A model generated the notes under the pieces. It made no database searches, was not told where the DNA came from, and saw only the letters and a program-made list of their open reading frames with translations. This document shows positions 1 to 8,963 of a stretch of 64,000 nt of DNA, one piece after another. This DNA comes from an uncultured virus (IMG/VR IMGVR_UViG_2799112289_000001). Taxonomy: Duplodnaviria > Heunggongvirae > Uroviricota > Caudoviricetes. The DNA lies in the IMG/VR virus record IMGVR_UViG_2799112289_000001; one strand, given 5' to 3'. Both the position numbers and the translations under genes were made by a program. Each line of letters opens with the position of its first letter. Within the stretch, counting starts at the first letter, position 1.

Positions 1-654
1 TTAGCCAGCTGGAATGAGACCCCGATCGATTAGGCTTTTCACAAACGCGCGTGACATCGCTGCAAATTCAACGCTACTGCGTGTCTCTTTTACTTTTAGT
101 TCATTGAAGAGGACCTCCCTCAACTCAGGGTCCGTCTCCTTTAAAGCTAGAGTTAGCATCGCATGCAATTTTCGAATCCTCTCGGTGCGTCGCTCCACCA
201 AGGGTTGCCGGTTTAGTTCTACTTCGACCTCAGTAATTCTTCCCTTGATGCTATCCGGATGCGGAAGAATAGCGGGACCCTCAACTATAAAATGTTCTGC
301 TGGCTCGTCTAAATTTGGGTCGACTAGATTTTCTAAAATACCTTTGTTCGTGTTGCAAACTTTGCAAGCTAGGGTGAGATTCGACCAACGATATCTGTGT
401 TCTGGGCCGAGTTTTTTTGGCGTTATATGCTCGATGTCTCCATAATACACGTGCCGCAGCTTACTTTCGCAATACGCACACTTGTCATGTGTCTCATTGA
501 AGAGTGCCTGTTTAACTTCAAGCTGGTTATACCGGTTGAGATCTGCCTCGCTAGGGGCGGTACCGGCGGCGGCGTGGTCGCGAAGTACTTGTTCCCAATT
601 CGCAGCATTAGCCACCAAAATGGCGGGCTCTTCGCCTTTTTCGATCTTTATCAT
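1..654 (-). CDS. ptuB: HNH endonuclease, Septu PtuB-like
   Basis: CAYCE..DIEHITPK..WSNLTLACKVCN HNH/Zn motifs; 4-bp overlap with upstream ATPase. Confidence 0.8.
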   Translation of the reverse strand: MIKIEKGEEPAILVANAANWEQVLRDHAAAGTAPSEADLNRYNQLEVKQALFNETHDKCAYCESKLRHVYYGDIEHITPKKLGPEHRYRWSNLTLACKVCNTNKGILENLVDPNLDEPAEHFIVEGPAILPHPDSIKGRITEVEVELNRQPLVERRTERIRKLHAMLTLALKETDPELREVLFNELKVKETRSSVEFAAMSRAFVKSLIDRGLIPAG

Positions 655-1940
655 TGTTTTGCAGTCAATTTTCCTAGCGCGTCCGAATAGTATTCGTCGT
701 ATCCAAGTCGCGACAATTCTTCTCGCAACTGGTCAAGTGATTCTGAAGTAACCTTTGAATCCCTGTACTTGGATATGATCCGAGTTAGCTCGTCTTCTAC
801 CCACTCGGGCATGGTGGCAGGAACACCGAGAACCTCACGGAGAACTTCTCCGGCCGTCGCTGCCTTATTGGTCAACGGAAGCGGCGCGCTTATGACTTTT
901 CGGCCTGCGGCGATACCTGTATCGGCTGAAAACTCAGAATGGTTCTCGCTTGGCGTGTAGCGCAACACATATACGCTTGATTCTTTGACGGATGAGACCA
1001 TGAACGGACTATGAGTCGCTATGATAAACTGGGCCTTTGGAAAGGCATTAATTAGTCTCCTCATAAGTGTTCGCTGCATCGACGGATGAAGATGATTTTC
1101 AGGTTCATCCATCAGAACCACGAAACGGTCTTTATCCATGGAGAACATATGAATACGCCAAGCGACGTCCAATATCGCCATAATGCCACCGGATGATGCA
1201 TCGATCATAAAGTCGCCGGAGTCAGTTACCAGGACAACTTCAGGGACCCTTATAGCTAACTCTTTGAAGCCTAGGCTGTCTGGAAGCAGCTGTCGAAGAA
1301 CCGCATTGAAACTCTTAAATGCGTCCCACACTATTTGGTTTGAGCCACCAATAGTATGGTTGCCCTCGCCAAAAATACCCATTGATATTAGCGATTCTTT
1401 CATCCTGAATATTGGCGAGGAGCCGGTATAACCTCCAGAATACCTGGTAAGCATTTCATTGTTATAATTGGCAAACGACTGGGATGCCGTCATCGGCTGC
1501 AAAGGAATTTGGCCGATTTGAGCATAGTAGGGGCTAGGCCGATGGGAATCGATTAAAATACCGTCCATAGGATTGGTGTTCGAAAAGCCTACAGATGCCT
1601 GAAAACTATTGGAATCACTTAGCATGATTGTCGATATGTGCTCATTCGAATAGGTGATTTGTCCAATTGCGTTCGCGGAATCTTTGCGAAATGCGAGGCT
1701 TTTTAGAAAGTCGTCAAAGATACCGGATCGGTAAGTAGTTCGGCCGTCGCGATCTCTTTTCGGAACGGTTAGATATGGTTTCGCCCAACCAAAATGCTGA
1801 GAAAGCAATCCAATGAGGGTACTTTTGCCTGCGCCATTCGCGCCGGTAATCACTGTAAGCCTATCGTGGAAATCAATATCGACGGTCTGAAATTGGCGCC
1901 ATAGACCGACCTCCAACCGTGAGAAAACAATGTCGTTCAA
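651..1940 (-). CDS. ptuA: ABC/AAA-type ATPase, Septu PtuA-like
   Basis: Walker A GANGAGKST, SSGG signature, Walker B VVLMDEPENHLHP, H-loop ATHSP; no TM segments; TTG start. Confidence 0.8.
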   Translation of the reverse strand: MNDIVFSRLEVGLWRQFQTVDIDFHDRLTVITGANGAGKSTLIGLLSQHFGWAKPYLTVPKRDRDGRTTYRSGIFDDFLKSLAFRKDSANAIGQITYSNEHISTIMLSDSNSFQASVGFSNTNPMDGILIDSHRPSPYYAQIGQIPLQPMTASQSFANYNNEMLTRYSGGYTGSSPIFRMKESLISMGIFGEGNHTIGGSNQIVWDAFKSFNAVLRQLLPDSLGFKELAIRVPEVVLVTDSGDFMIDASSGGIMAILDVAWRIHMFSMDKDRFVVLMDEPENHLHPSMQRTLMRRLINAFPKAQFIIATHSPFMVSSVKESSVYVLRYTPSENHSEFSADTGIAAGRKVISAPLPLTNKAATAGEVLREVLGVPATMPEWVEDELTRIISKYRDSKVTSESLDQLREELSRLGYDEYYSDALGKLTAKQ

Positions 1941-2105
1941 TGGCTACTTCCATATAACCAGGGATTAAGAGTTCTGCTGGATCATACATGTGACGGATAT
2001 GAATGCAAGCAGTGGTGGTATTGTGTCGACAGGAAGCCTAGCGCTTCCCGCGAGATCCCAGCAATTTCGACAATTTCCGATACCACCGCGTGACAAGCAC
2101 GCGCG

Positions 2106-3206
2106 TTAGCCATTGCCTTTGGGTACCTTTTTGATGGTCATTTTCCGCGTGAGCTGGGTCATCGCATCTTTGGCGAGTCGCTGCTGTTCGGCCTCACGGC
2201 TATAGAGCTCGGCGTGCTGGATATCGTCGTGTCCCAAAGTTTCCATCAATTGGCGTGTCGTTGATCCAGATTCGGCGAGCAATTTGCCAAGCGTTTTGCG
2301 GAGTCCGTGCAGGGTGCAACCGGACGGCATGTCTGCCAGATTGGTCCAGTGTGCCATCATTCCCGTCAAGGATTTTTCAGAAAAAGGATTGCCGTAGCCG
2401 TTGAGTAGGACGAATTCTTTGCTCTTGTCCAATGGCTTCAGGATCTCCAGCATCATCGGAGTGATCGGAAGGACCAAAGTCTTATCGCCCTTTTTGGTGA
2501 CGATCGTCGCAGTTCGATTTCTTAGATCGATATCGCTCCATTTAATCCTGGCAATATCCGAACGGCGATTGCCGAGCCACAGCGCCAAGCCGTAAGCGGT
2601 GCGCGCCGCGGAGCCGAGCGGCCATCTGGCTTCGAAGGTCAAGCGCTCGTCCGCGGTCCATGCGCGCCAGCCTTTGTATTCGGGTCTATAGGAGAGCTTG
2701 TAAGTCGGATCATTGTCGATCCACTCTTGATCGAGGGCCACATAGATCATCTTCCGGATGGCGACGAGCATATGCTTCGCCTTGTGCGGCGTTTCGAAGT
2801 AGTGGGCAATGATCTCTTTTACGTGCCGGCGCTTGAGATCCCGCACCAGCATATCGCCCCATTTGGCCGCGCCCCCTTTCACCAAGGGTAGTTCCAGAAA
2901 CTCCTCAGCCAACCGGACATTCTTGTCCTTGGTGGCGGTATCATGCTTCAGCCACTCAGGAGTGGCTTTCACTTTCCTCCACGCGTCGCGAAATGAGCCT
3001 TGCGCGATCGCGCCAGACATACCCACCACAACGGCCTTGCGGGGGATTCTCCCCTCGACTGCGGCCTTGTAATGCTCGTCAAACTGTGGCTCGCCTGGTT
3101 GTCCAGGCAGGGCGATTGTCTTGCCGGAACGACGAAACCGCCAACGGGTGGTGCCGTGGCGGTCTTGGAAGGATGATACAAAGAGGTAGTCGGGATGGGT
3201 AGCCAT
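2106..3206 (-). CDS. int: Tyrosine recombinase (phage integrase)
   Basis: GNRRSD, HGLRK, LGH and Y catalytic motifs; start taken at MATHPDY. Confidence 0.93.
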   Translation of the reverse strand: MATHPDYLFVSSFQDRHGTTRWRFRRSGKTIALPGQPGEPQFDEHYKAAVEGRIPRKAVVVGMSGAIAQGSFRDAWRKVKATPEWLKHDTATKDKNVRLAEEFLELPLVKGGAAKWGDMLVRDLKRRHVKEIIAHYFETPHKAKHMLVAIRKMIYVALDQEWIDNDPTYKLSYRPEYKGWRAWTADERLTFEARWPLGSAARTAYGLALWLGNRRSDIARIKWSDIDLRNRTATIVTKKGDKTLVLPITPMMLEILKPLDKSKEFVLLNGYGNPFSEKSLTGMMAHWTNLADMPSGCTLHGLRKTLGKLLAESGSTTRQLMETLGHDDIQHAELYSREAEQQRLAKDAMTQLTRKMTIKKVPKGNG

Positions 3207-3220
3207 GCGCCATTCTACTT

Positions 3221-3469
3221 CTAGGCGCGTCGCCCTGACAATATCTCGTCGATCATGTTGACGCCTTCGTCGGGCAATTCGCTGAAGGCGGCATCCAGCG
3301 CGATACGATCCCAAATCACGCGGCCGTCGATCTTCTTGGCCTTGGGCATGCGGCGATCGGCGACGAGCTGATCGAATTTCGTCGTGCTGACACCAATGTA
3401 GCGCGCTGCAGCCTCGCGGCTCAATCCTCGCGGCGGATACGCGATGCTATCGGTTCTCTCCGCTCTCAT
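3221..3469 (-). CDS. Excisionase / AlpA-like DNA-binding protein
   Basis: 82 aa, GLSREAAARYIGVS..FDQLV wHTH, immediately upstream of int. Confidence 0.8.
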   Translation of the reverse strand: MRAERTDSIAYPPRGLSREAAARYIGVSTTKFDQLVADRRMPKAKKIDGRVIWDRIALDAAFSELPDEGVNMIDEILSGRRA

Positions 3470-3981
3470 CCACGTCTCCATGTTTCGAAGTCTGAGCGCA
3501 ACGTTTTCCAGCGATCGGCAGCGGCGGGATCTGTGTTGAGTTCGCCAATCGATTGGACGTTCAGTAGCGAGCGGACGCGGACTTTGATGCGTTCGGCGTC
3601 GCTGGCGTCGGGCAGTCCGTGGCGCTCGATCAGGTAGCGGCGGAAGGCCTGATCGTTCCGGCATTTCATTGAGCACTCGGCCGCATAATCCTTGGGCTTC
3701 GTCTGCTGCTGGTGGCCGGCGAGTTCGCGGTAGGCGCGGGCGCAGCGATCCAGCAGACCTAAGAGAAACGCCTGGTTCTCGGCGGCGCCTATCAGGAAGG
3801 TTTGCACTGTGAATTCAATATCGGGCGCGAGCGTCGCTACGTGGCTGACGACGCCATCGGCCGGATCTGCATGGCAAAGGCGCAGTGCGTCGCCATCGGT
3901 TTCGATCGACCATTCACGGCCGATCTGGACGATATCCTGCCGGATCCGGTCGAGCCTCTGCATTTCCGCCGGCGTCGCCAT
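3466..3981 (-). CDS. Phage hypothetical protein
   Basis: Coupled ORF in early-left operon, GGAGG RBS. Confidence 0.7.
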   Translation of the reverse strand: MATPAEMQRLDRIRQDIVQIGREWSIETDGDALRLCHADPADGVVSHVATLAPDIEFTVQTFLIGAAENQAFLLGLLDRCARAYRELAGHQQQTKPKDYAAECSMKCRNDQAFRRYLIERHGLPDASDAERIKVRVRSLLNVQSIGELNTDPAAADRWKTLRSDFETWRRG

Positions 3982-3983
3982 CG

Positions 3984-4538
3984 TCACGCCTCCGGCAGGC
4001 GCCACGGACGCCAAAGGATCGGTTGCTGGTCGCGGGGGATGCGGTGGGTGCCGCGGGCCATCGGATGCTTTGGGTGGCCGTCCTTGGTCACGCCGAGGCA
4101 GATAAGATCGACCATGTGCTTTCGCGCACGAGAGCAGAACCATTCGGCGCGGTCCTCATGATCGCCGCCGTTGCCCCATGCGGCGAGGATCGGCCGGTCG
4201 GCGTGCCTGGCGAAGGCGAGGGTCTGCTCGATGGTCAATGCATTGTCGGGGCCGAAGGCCGATCCGCCGGCGGCCATCATCTCGGCCGGTGACGACGAGC
4301 GGTAAGAAAAGAGATTGATGATCAGCAGGCCGCCATAGCCCCAGAGCCTGGCGAAATGGATCAGGGCAAGGACGGTAGGGTCGTTACGCTGGTGATCCGC
4401 CTTCGACGGATTGAGCATGCAAACGACGAGGATCGGCTTGGCATCATCCCAGATGCGGCGCAGCTCGGTGCGGTATGTCTCGCAGTCCGAGATAACAGCG
4501 GACATGCGCATGTTGAGGGCGAAGAGGTCCAAGGTCAT
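3984..4538 (-). CDS. DUF1643 family protein
   Basis: MLNPSKAD..DPT, NLF, AWG, PKHP motifs. Confidence 0.85.
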   Translation of the reverse strand: MTLDLFALNMRMSAVISDCETYRTELRRIWDDAKPILVVCMLNPSKADHQRNDPTVLALIHFARLWGYGGLLIINLFSYRSSSPAEMMAAGGSAFGPDNALTIEQTLAFARHADRPILAAWGNGGDHEDRAEWFCSRARKHMVDLICLGVTKDGHPKHPMARGTHRIPRDQQPILWRPWRLPEA

Positions 4539-4765
4539 CTCCGAACCTTTCCGGCGATGATGTAGACCTCGCCGCTCTTCATGTGGAGCTCGACCTCTTC
4601 GTCATCCTCAATGCGCGTGAAGATGGCTTCAAGATCACTCTCGACTGAGCGAAGGTATGTTTCCAACACCGAGATTTTCGCGCGGAGCTCGGCGATGGTA
4701 ACTGCTTCATGGCGATATCGGGCGTTGATGTCCGGATGATTGATGTTGACGTGGTTAGCCATCAC
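4535..4765 (-). CDS. Phage hypothetical protein
   Basis: 4-bp overlaps on both sides. Confidence 0.6.
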   Translation of the reverse strand: MMANHVNINHPDINARYRHEAVTIAELRAKISVLETYLRSVESDLEAIFTRIEDDEEVELHMKSGEVYIIAGKVRR

Positions 4766-5178
4766 GCAGCCTCACAAAGTGGGCCATTGGCGATCTCAAG
4801 TAGCACGTCCGCATGGCATCGCGTGCCGATCTCGCACCAGCAGGCCAGATTGTGACCGCGAAGCGCCTTCATGATCTCGACGGGTGTTGGAATTGAGCCG
4901 ACTAAACGGTGATTATGTGGGCCTGTCTTCGAGACGTCAGCCCTGAAGCGCGCGACGGCGTCCGCGATCGCGTCCGACTTGGCCGGGAACGATGCCAAGA
5001 TGGTTCGGTCACCTACATTCCAGATGCGCTCGTATGGGTCCTTGTCCACCCGATAGTGATTGCCGAAGAGCGTCGTGCGATCGACCTTGATAGCTGTCAG
5101 CCCGTTGGTCGAGTGCGACAGTCCCTGCAGGTCGAAGCCCTTCTTGCGCGACAATTGGAGGCGGACGGGTGCGGTCAT
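4762..5178 (-). CDS. DUF4326 family protein
   Basis: VDRTTLFGN..LRGHNLACWC..CHADVLL. Confidence 0.85.
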   Translation of the reverse strand: MTAPVRLQLSRKKGFDLQGLSHSTNGLTAIKVDRTTLFGNHYRVDKDPYERIWNVGDRTILASFPAKSDAIADAVARFRADVSKTGPHNHRLVGSIPTPVEIMKALRGHNLACWCEIGTRCHADVLLEIANGPLCEAA

Positions 5179-5642
5179 ATCGGCAGGCTCCCTTGCGCTG
5201 GCGCCGTCGGGGCGGGAGCCCCAACGATGTTCTTTCGCCATTCGAAGAAGCCAAGCTGTCCTTTTACCGGGATGAAGTCGACCGGTTTGGCATTCGCCAG
5301 GACAAGACCGTATCGGCCGACGAACCACGGGCTATCGCTATGGCTCACGCAGTCGATGATCTCGGCCGTGCCAACGATTCCGCCGCGCTGCAACTCGTCG
5401 AAGGCCGGCATTACCTGGCCGGATGGAAATGGGTGTGTCAGGCTGACGTGATGCACGGTCGCCAGGCAATCCTCGTATTCGTCACGCGTCATCCCTTTGG
5501 CGGCGTGAATGCAGATCGGACCGCGAAGCGTGGTTTTCCAGTCGCGGTTTTCGATGTCCTTGCCGAGGCTTGCGATGCAAAATGCCCATGGCTGACGGAT
5601 GGAGAGAGCGAGTTGGGGCAGATCGCGAGGAGGATTTTTCAT
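5175..5642 (-). CDS. ASCH domain protein
   Basis: ALSIRQPWA..GKDIENRDW..IHA..KGQLGFF. Confidence 0.85.
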   Translation of the reverse strand: MKNPPRDLPQLALSIRQPWAFCIASLGKDIENRDWKTTLRGPICIHAAKGMTRDEYEDCLATVHHVSLTHPFPSGQVMPAFDELQRGGIVGTAEIIDCVSHSDSPWFVGRYGLVLANAKPVDFIPVKGQLGFFEWRKNIVGAPAPTAPAQGSLPI

Positions 5643-5863
5643 TGAAAGGCCTCCGCAATCCGAAAGGCGATCTGCAAAAGAAAGCAGAACGCAGCTAGGA
5701 TTACTAACTTGGCAACGTAGTGGATGAGGAAGCGGTACCGCGGCGTCCAGTTAAGTTCGTCGCCAGGCTTTTGGGGGCCATAGATCCAGTCCTCACGTGT
5801 GCCCAGTGCAATGCACGTAGCGACTATGGCGAAGAACAATATCCAGAACGGTGGGAGCGTCAT
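5639..5863 (-). CDS. Small two-TM membrane protein
   Basis: Two hydrophobic segments; coupled overlaps. Confidence 0.6.
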   Translation of the reverse strand: MTLPPFWILFFAIVATCIALGTREDWIYGPQKPGDELNWTPRYRFLIHYVAKLVILAAFCFLLQIAFRIAEAFQ

Positions 5864-6168
5864 CCCTTCTTCTCCTGGCTGGCGAGGGCGGCGCGGATGC
5901 GTTCAATCTCTTCCTCGCCTTTTTCTCTCCATGCAGTTCCGTGCTCGAGCACCAGCAGGGTTAGCCAGTGGAGAACGTGCGCTTGCTCGAATTCGCCCTT
6001 GGCAGGGATGTCTGCCCCTCCAGCACGAAGGACGTGAGCGATTGGGCCCGTGTTCCACATCATCATGGAAAGGACGTCGCGGAGTTCGTCCGTCAGCTCT
6101 CGAGGATACCTCATCAACTTCGTTTCTGGCTCGTTCGTAAGCTCGTCGTCATTCGTGAACTTGCTCAC
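5860..6168 (-). CDS. Phage hypothetical protein
   Basis: GTG start overlapping upstream stop. Confidence 0.6.
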   Translation of the reverse strand: MSKFTNDDELTNEPETKLMRYPRELTDELRDVLSMMMWNTGPIAHVLRAGGADIPAKGEFEQAHVLHWLTLLVLEHGTAWREKGEEEIERIRAALASQEKKG

Positions 6169-6374
6169 AGCAGTTTCCCTCTCATTCTGGATCGGGCACA
6201 GGACGGGCAGAAATGCTGCCACCCGCCGGCGTGGCGTTCGATGCTCCAGCGGGCGAACTTGGCGGCTTTGGCCGTGGCTGGGATGTCAAACGGGGCGTCG
6301 CTGCGCGCAAAGGTCTGAGGGCAGATGTTGCAGGTAATGGTCGCCTTCTTGCTCGTCTGATCGTAGTTCAGCAT
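6165..6374 (-). CDS. Small Zn-finger protein
   Basis: CNIC...HFCPSC. Confidence 0.6.
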   Translation of the reverse strand: MLNYDQTSKKATITCNICPQTFARSDAPFDIPATAKAAKFARWSIERHAGGWQHFCPSCARSRMRGKLL

Positions 6375-6718
6375 CGGCCGGCATCCTGCAGAGCTGCGAC
6401 GTGGGAGCTGATGCGCGGCACGGAAATGCGTCGCAGCATCATGCCGCCATAGGGACCGGCAGTCACTTCGCGCATGAAAACGATACGGTCTTCGTGAATC
6501 TCGATTTCGTCGCGATCGCCGCGCGGCTTATAAGCGGGGCGTGGGCCGTCGACCGGCGGCTGTTTCTTCCTGGTTTCGATCAGGCCGGCCTTCTTCAAGG
6601 CGTCGCGCACCGAATCCGGGTGACATTCGTAGCGGTCGGCAATCTCCTGACGCGTCATGCCGCTATCGACATGCTGCTTGAGAATGTGAGCGTTCGGAAG
6701 CTTGATATTGCCCATCAC
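6368..6718 (-). CDS. HTH-containing phage protein
   Basis: GMTRQEIADRYECHPDSVRDAL. Confidence 0.65.
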   Translation of the reverse strand: MMGNIKLPNAHILKQHVDSGMTRQEIADRYECHPDSVRDALKKAGLIETRKKQPPVDGPRPAYKPRGDRDEIEIHEDRIVFMREVTAGPYGGMMLRRISVPRISSHVAALQDAGRC

Positions 6719-6855
6719 GCTTGGTCCCTTACGATCTTGATTTTGCGGATGATGCCGTCGTGGCGCTTTTCGGCGAGCTTGCGGGCTTCCGTTGCGTTGG
6801 CGGCGGAAACGTCGAGCTTGGTCTCGTCCTCGAAATGGACCCGGAAATCAGGCAT
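6715..6855 (-). CDS. Small phage hypothetical protein (46 aa)
   Basis: GGAGG RBS, coupled. Confidence 0.6.
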   Translation of the reverse strand: MPDFRVHFEDETKLDVSAANATEARKLAEKRHDGIIRKIKIVRDQA

Positions 6856-7210
6856 GATTGCCTCCCTGACGATCCTGCCATTCGAGGATTGCGGCGCGAA
6901 GCGAACGGTCGGCATCGCTGGCGCGCCTGGTGGCGCGGACATTGAGCGCGTGGATTATCGCGCCGGTCAGGCTGGCGAGCATTTCATCGCAGACCATTGG
7001 CACGAGGCTTTCGACCGGCGTTTCGCCGGCGACGATGCGGATGGTTGCCGCCATGTCGATCTGCGCCGCGGCGACGTGTTCGCTGGCGGCGGCGAGCTGA
7101 TTGAACTGATAGGCGAGGCGGGCGGCGTTCATGCCTGCGGTCATCGGCTGAACCTCGACGAGGTGCGGCCTCGGTCGGGTGGGAAGGGTTACGACGTCGC
7201 CCATGGTCAT
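6848..7210 (-). CDS. Phage hypothetical protein
   Basis: Coupled ORF in operon. Confidence 0.6.
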   Translation of the reverse strand: MTMGDVVTLPTRPRPHLVEVQPMTAGMNAARLAYQFNQLAAASEHVAAAQIDMAATIRIVAGETPVESLVPMVCDEMLASLTGAIIHALNVRATRRASDADRSLRAAILEWQDRQGGNHA

Positions 7211-7347
7211 AGCCTTTCCGAAATGACGAGCGCGTAGCCGAGGAGCGCAAGAAGGTCAAATGCAGCCACAATCCCGATTAGGACATCGAGGGTGATGCCG
7301 GGCGGGGTGAAGCGCTTCGGGGAGATACGAGGGGAGAAGTAGTTCAT
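7207..7347 (-). CDS. Small single-TM protein (46 aa, below ORF-track cutoff)
   Basis: MNYFSPRISPKRFTPPGITLDVLIGIVAAFDLLALLGYALVISERL; GGAGG RBS; ATGA overlap. Confidence 0.6.
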   Translation of the reverse strand: MNYFSPRISPKRFTPPGITLDVLIGIVAAFDLLALLGYALVISERL

Positions 7348-7425
7348 GGTGCCTGCCTCCGTTGATCCGTTTGTGAAACCGCCGACGCCAGGGGTGAGAC
7401 GTGGCGGTTGCCAAAGCGGATCGGA

Positions 7426-7617
7426 TCAGGGGGTGAACTGCATCTCGGATGAGCGAATGCGCGCGGCGATCGCGGCGGAATTGCGCTGGTAGCTTTCCCG
7501 GCTGACGCCGAGGGCGAGCACCTGGTCTTCGGTCATGCTGCCGCGCTCGATGGTCTTGTCGACCACGAGAGCGATGTCGCGTTCGTCTGCGACGGAAAGC
7601 ACGGATTTCGATTTCAT
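7426..7617 (-). CDS. First gene of early-left operon, hypothetical (63 aa)
   Basis: GAGGAG RBS upstream of MKSKSV. Confidence 0.65.
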   Translation of the reverse strand: MKSKSVLSVADERDIALVVDKTIERGSMTEDQVLALGVSRESYQRNSAAIAARIRSSEMQFTP

Positions 7618-7644
7618 GGGGCAAATCTCCTCTTGGAAGCCTCC

Positions 7645-7730
7645 CCGGAACCGCGTCGCCGCTGCCCGGGAGGAGGAGGGCAGCGGCGGTTCGCGGTATC
7701 CGGCGATGGGAGGAGGAGTTCGTCCGGACG
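7645..7730 (-). ncRNA. Cuckoo/alpha-r14-like RNA: two hairpins with CCUCCUCCC loops
   Basis: GGGAGGAGGAG at 7668-7678 and 7708-7718, each flanked by inverted repeats. Confidence 0.6.
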
Positions 7731-7736
7731 ATGCGG

Positions 7737-7806
7737 ACAATAATGCGGACAAATAACCGCTGTCAATAACAAGTGCGGTTATTTGTCCGCATGGTCATTT
7801 AACCGC
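7737..7806 (-). promoter_or_regulatory. PL promoter and OL operators
   Basis: GCGGACAAATAACCGC (7745-7760), its exact reverse complement (7775-7790) and a degenerate copy at 7791-7806; TTGACA on minus strand at 7766-7761, TATTGT at 7742-7737. Confidence 0.8.
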
Positions 7807-7929
7807 ATGAAATTGCGGGAGGAAAAATTGATGTATTCGCGAATCAGTTTTTTGCCCGGGCGACCAAGCCAGGTGGTGCGGGCGGCTGACTTTCGGAGAA
7901 GTATGATCGCTGGATTAGGTACGGCTGGG

Positions 7930-8628
7930 CTATACGCCGTAGATCTCATTCATGCTGAGAACCTTGTGGATGTCCCTCACGACGCTTCGTGCAATCTCGA
8001 TCTCTGCGACCGGGTTGTGCTTGCGAATGACGATCTTTTCCGCGGTGCGCTTGCTGAATATGCCGATCGTCGCCTCGACGGATTCCTCGTCGCCGTTCTG
8101 GATCTGTATGATCACGACGTCTCCGAAGCGTGGCGGCTTGTCGGGGTGAACATAGACAAGATCGCCCGGAAAATATTGAGGCTCCATGGACGATCCCTCG
8201 ACGTAGAGGGCATAGACATTCCGAGCGTTCATAAGGGTTTGCGGCCGTCTGACGTAGTCGACGGGGTCCGTCGATAGTTGAAACGCACCCCGCAGATGCG
8301 AGCCTGCAGCGGTGCCTCTTACCGGAACATCTTTGGGCATCTGTGTAAAGGCTGGCAATTCGGAATTTGCGGGGCGGACATCATTGTGCGGATGAGTCGC
8401 GGACGTTTGCTCGGTCTTTGCGCCGCCGACGTCGGCCAGAAGTTCGGTTAATGGCACCCCGAGGCCGGAAGAGATTTTGGTGAGCGTCGCGCCGCCTGGT
8501 GTCCCGTCGCGTTCAAACAGCTTACGGAAATAGCTGCGCTCCAAACCGCTCTTGAGCGACGCCGCTTCCCACGTAAGTCCTTGCGCTTCAATGATCTCTT
8601 TCAGTTTCTCAGACACAGAGTTCTCCAT
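7930..8628 (-). CDS. cI: CI-like repressor (XRE HTH + S24 peptidase)
   Basis: N-terminal HTH; AAG cleavage site; VEGSSMEP serine motif. Confidence 0.9.
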   Translation of the reverse strand: MENSVSEKLKEIIEAQGLTWEAASLKSGLERSYFRKLFERDGTPGGATLTKISSGLGVPLTELLADVGGAKTEQTSATHPHNDVRPANSELPAFTQMPKDVPVRGTAAGSHLRGAFQLSTDPVDYVRRPQTLMNARNVYALYVEGSSMEPQYFPGDLVYVHPDKPPRFGDVVIIQIQNGDEESVEATIGIFSKRTAEKIVIRKHNPVAEIEIARSVVRDIHKVLSMNEIYGV

Positions 8629-8630
8629 AT

Positions 8631-8702
8631 GCGGATTATCGTCCGCACTGCAATTTATTGAAAGCGGTTATTTGTCCTTGACAGATGCGGCTATTTGACC
8701 GC
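8631..8702. promoter_or_regulatory. OR operators and PR promoter
   Basis: GCGGATTATCGTCCGC (8631-8646), GCGGTTATTTGTCCTT (8664-8679), GCGGCTATTTGACCGC (8687-8702); TTGACA at 8678-8683. Confidence 0.85.
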
Positions 8703-8714
8703 ATTTAGTGGCGC

Positions 8715-8963
8715 ATGACGCTTCGGGAACAGATCATCATTGTCGCAGATCGCTACGCTTTGGCTGCCAGGATTGGCCGCAAGCGCGTGTCGACGATCGT
8801 GCTCAATCGCGGCTCCAAGCTCGACGACATCGCCGACGGCGGCGACCTGACGACAGGCACTTTCGAGCGCGCCATGCTCTGGTTTTCCGCCAATTGGCCG
8901 GAAACGGTGGAATGGCCTGCGGACGTGCCGCGTCCTGCTTGCTTTCCGGAGGCGGCCGAATGA
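8715..8963 (+). CDS. Cro-like protein
   Basis: 82 aa, divergent from cI. Confidence 0.75.
   Translation: MTLREQIIIVADRYALAARIGRKRVSTIVLNRGSKLDDIADGGDLTTGTFERAMLWFSANWPETVEWPADVPRPACFPEAAE

Noticed and set aside
1..3206. Retron (RT + msr/msd + PtuAB)
   Set aside because: No reverse transcriptase ORF in the window; the gene upstream of ptuA is the integrase
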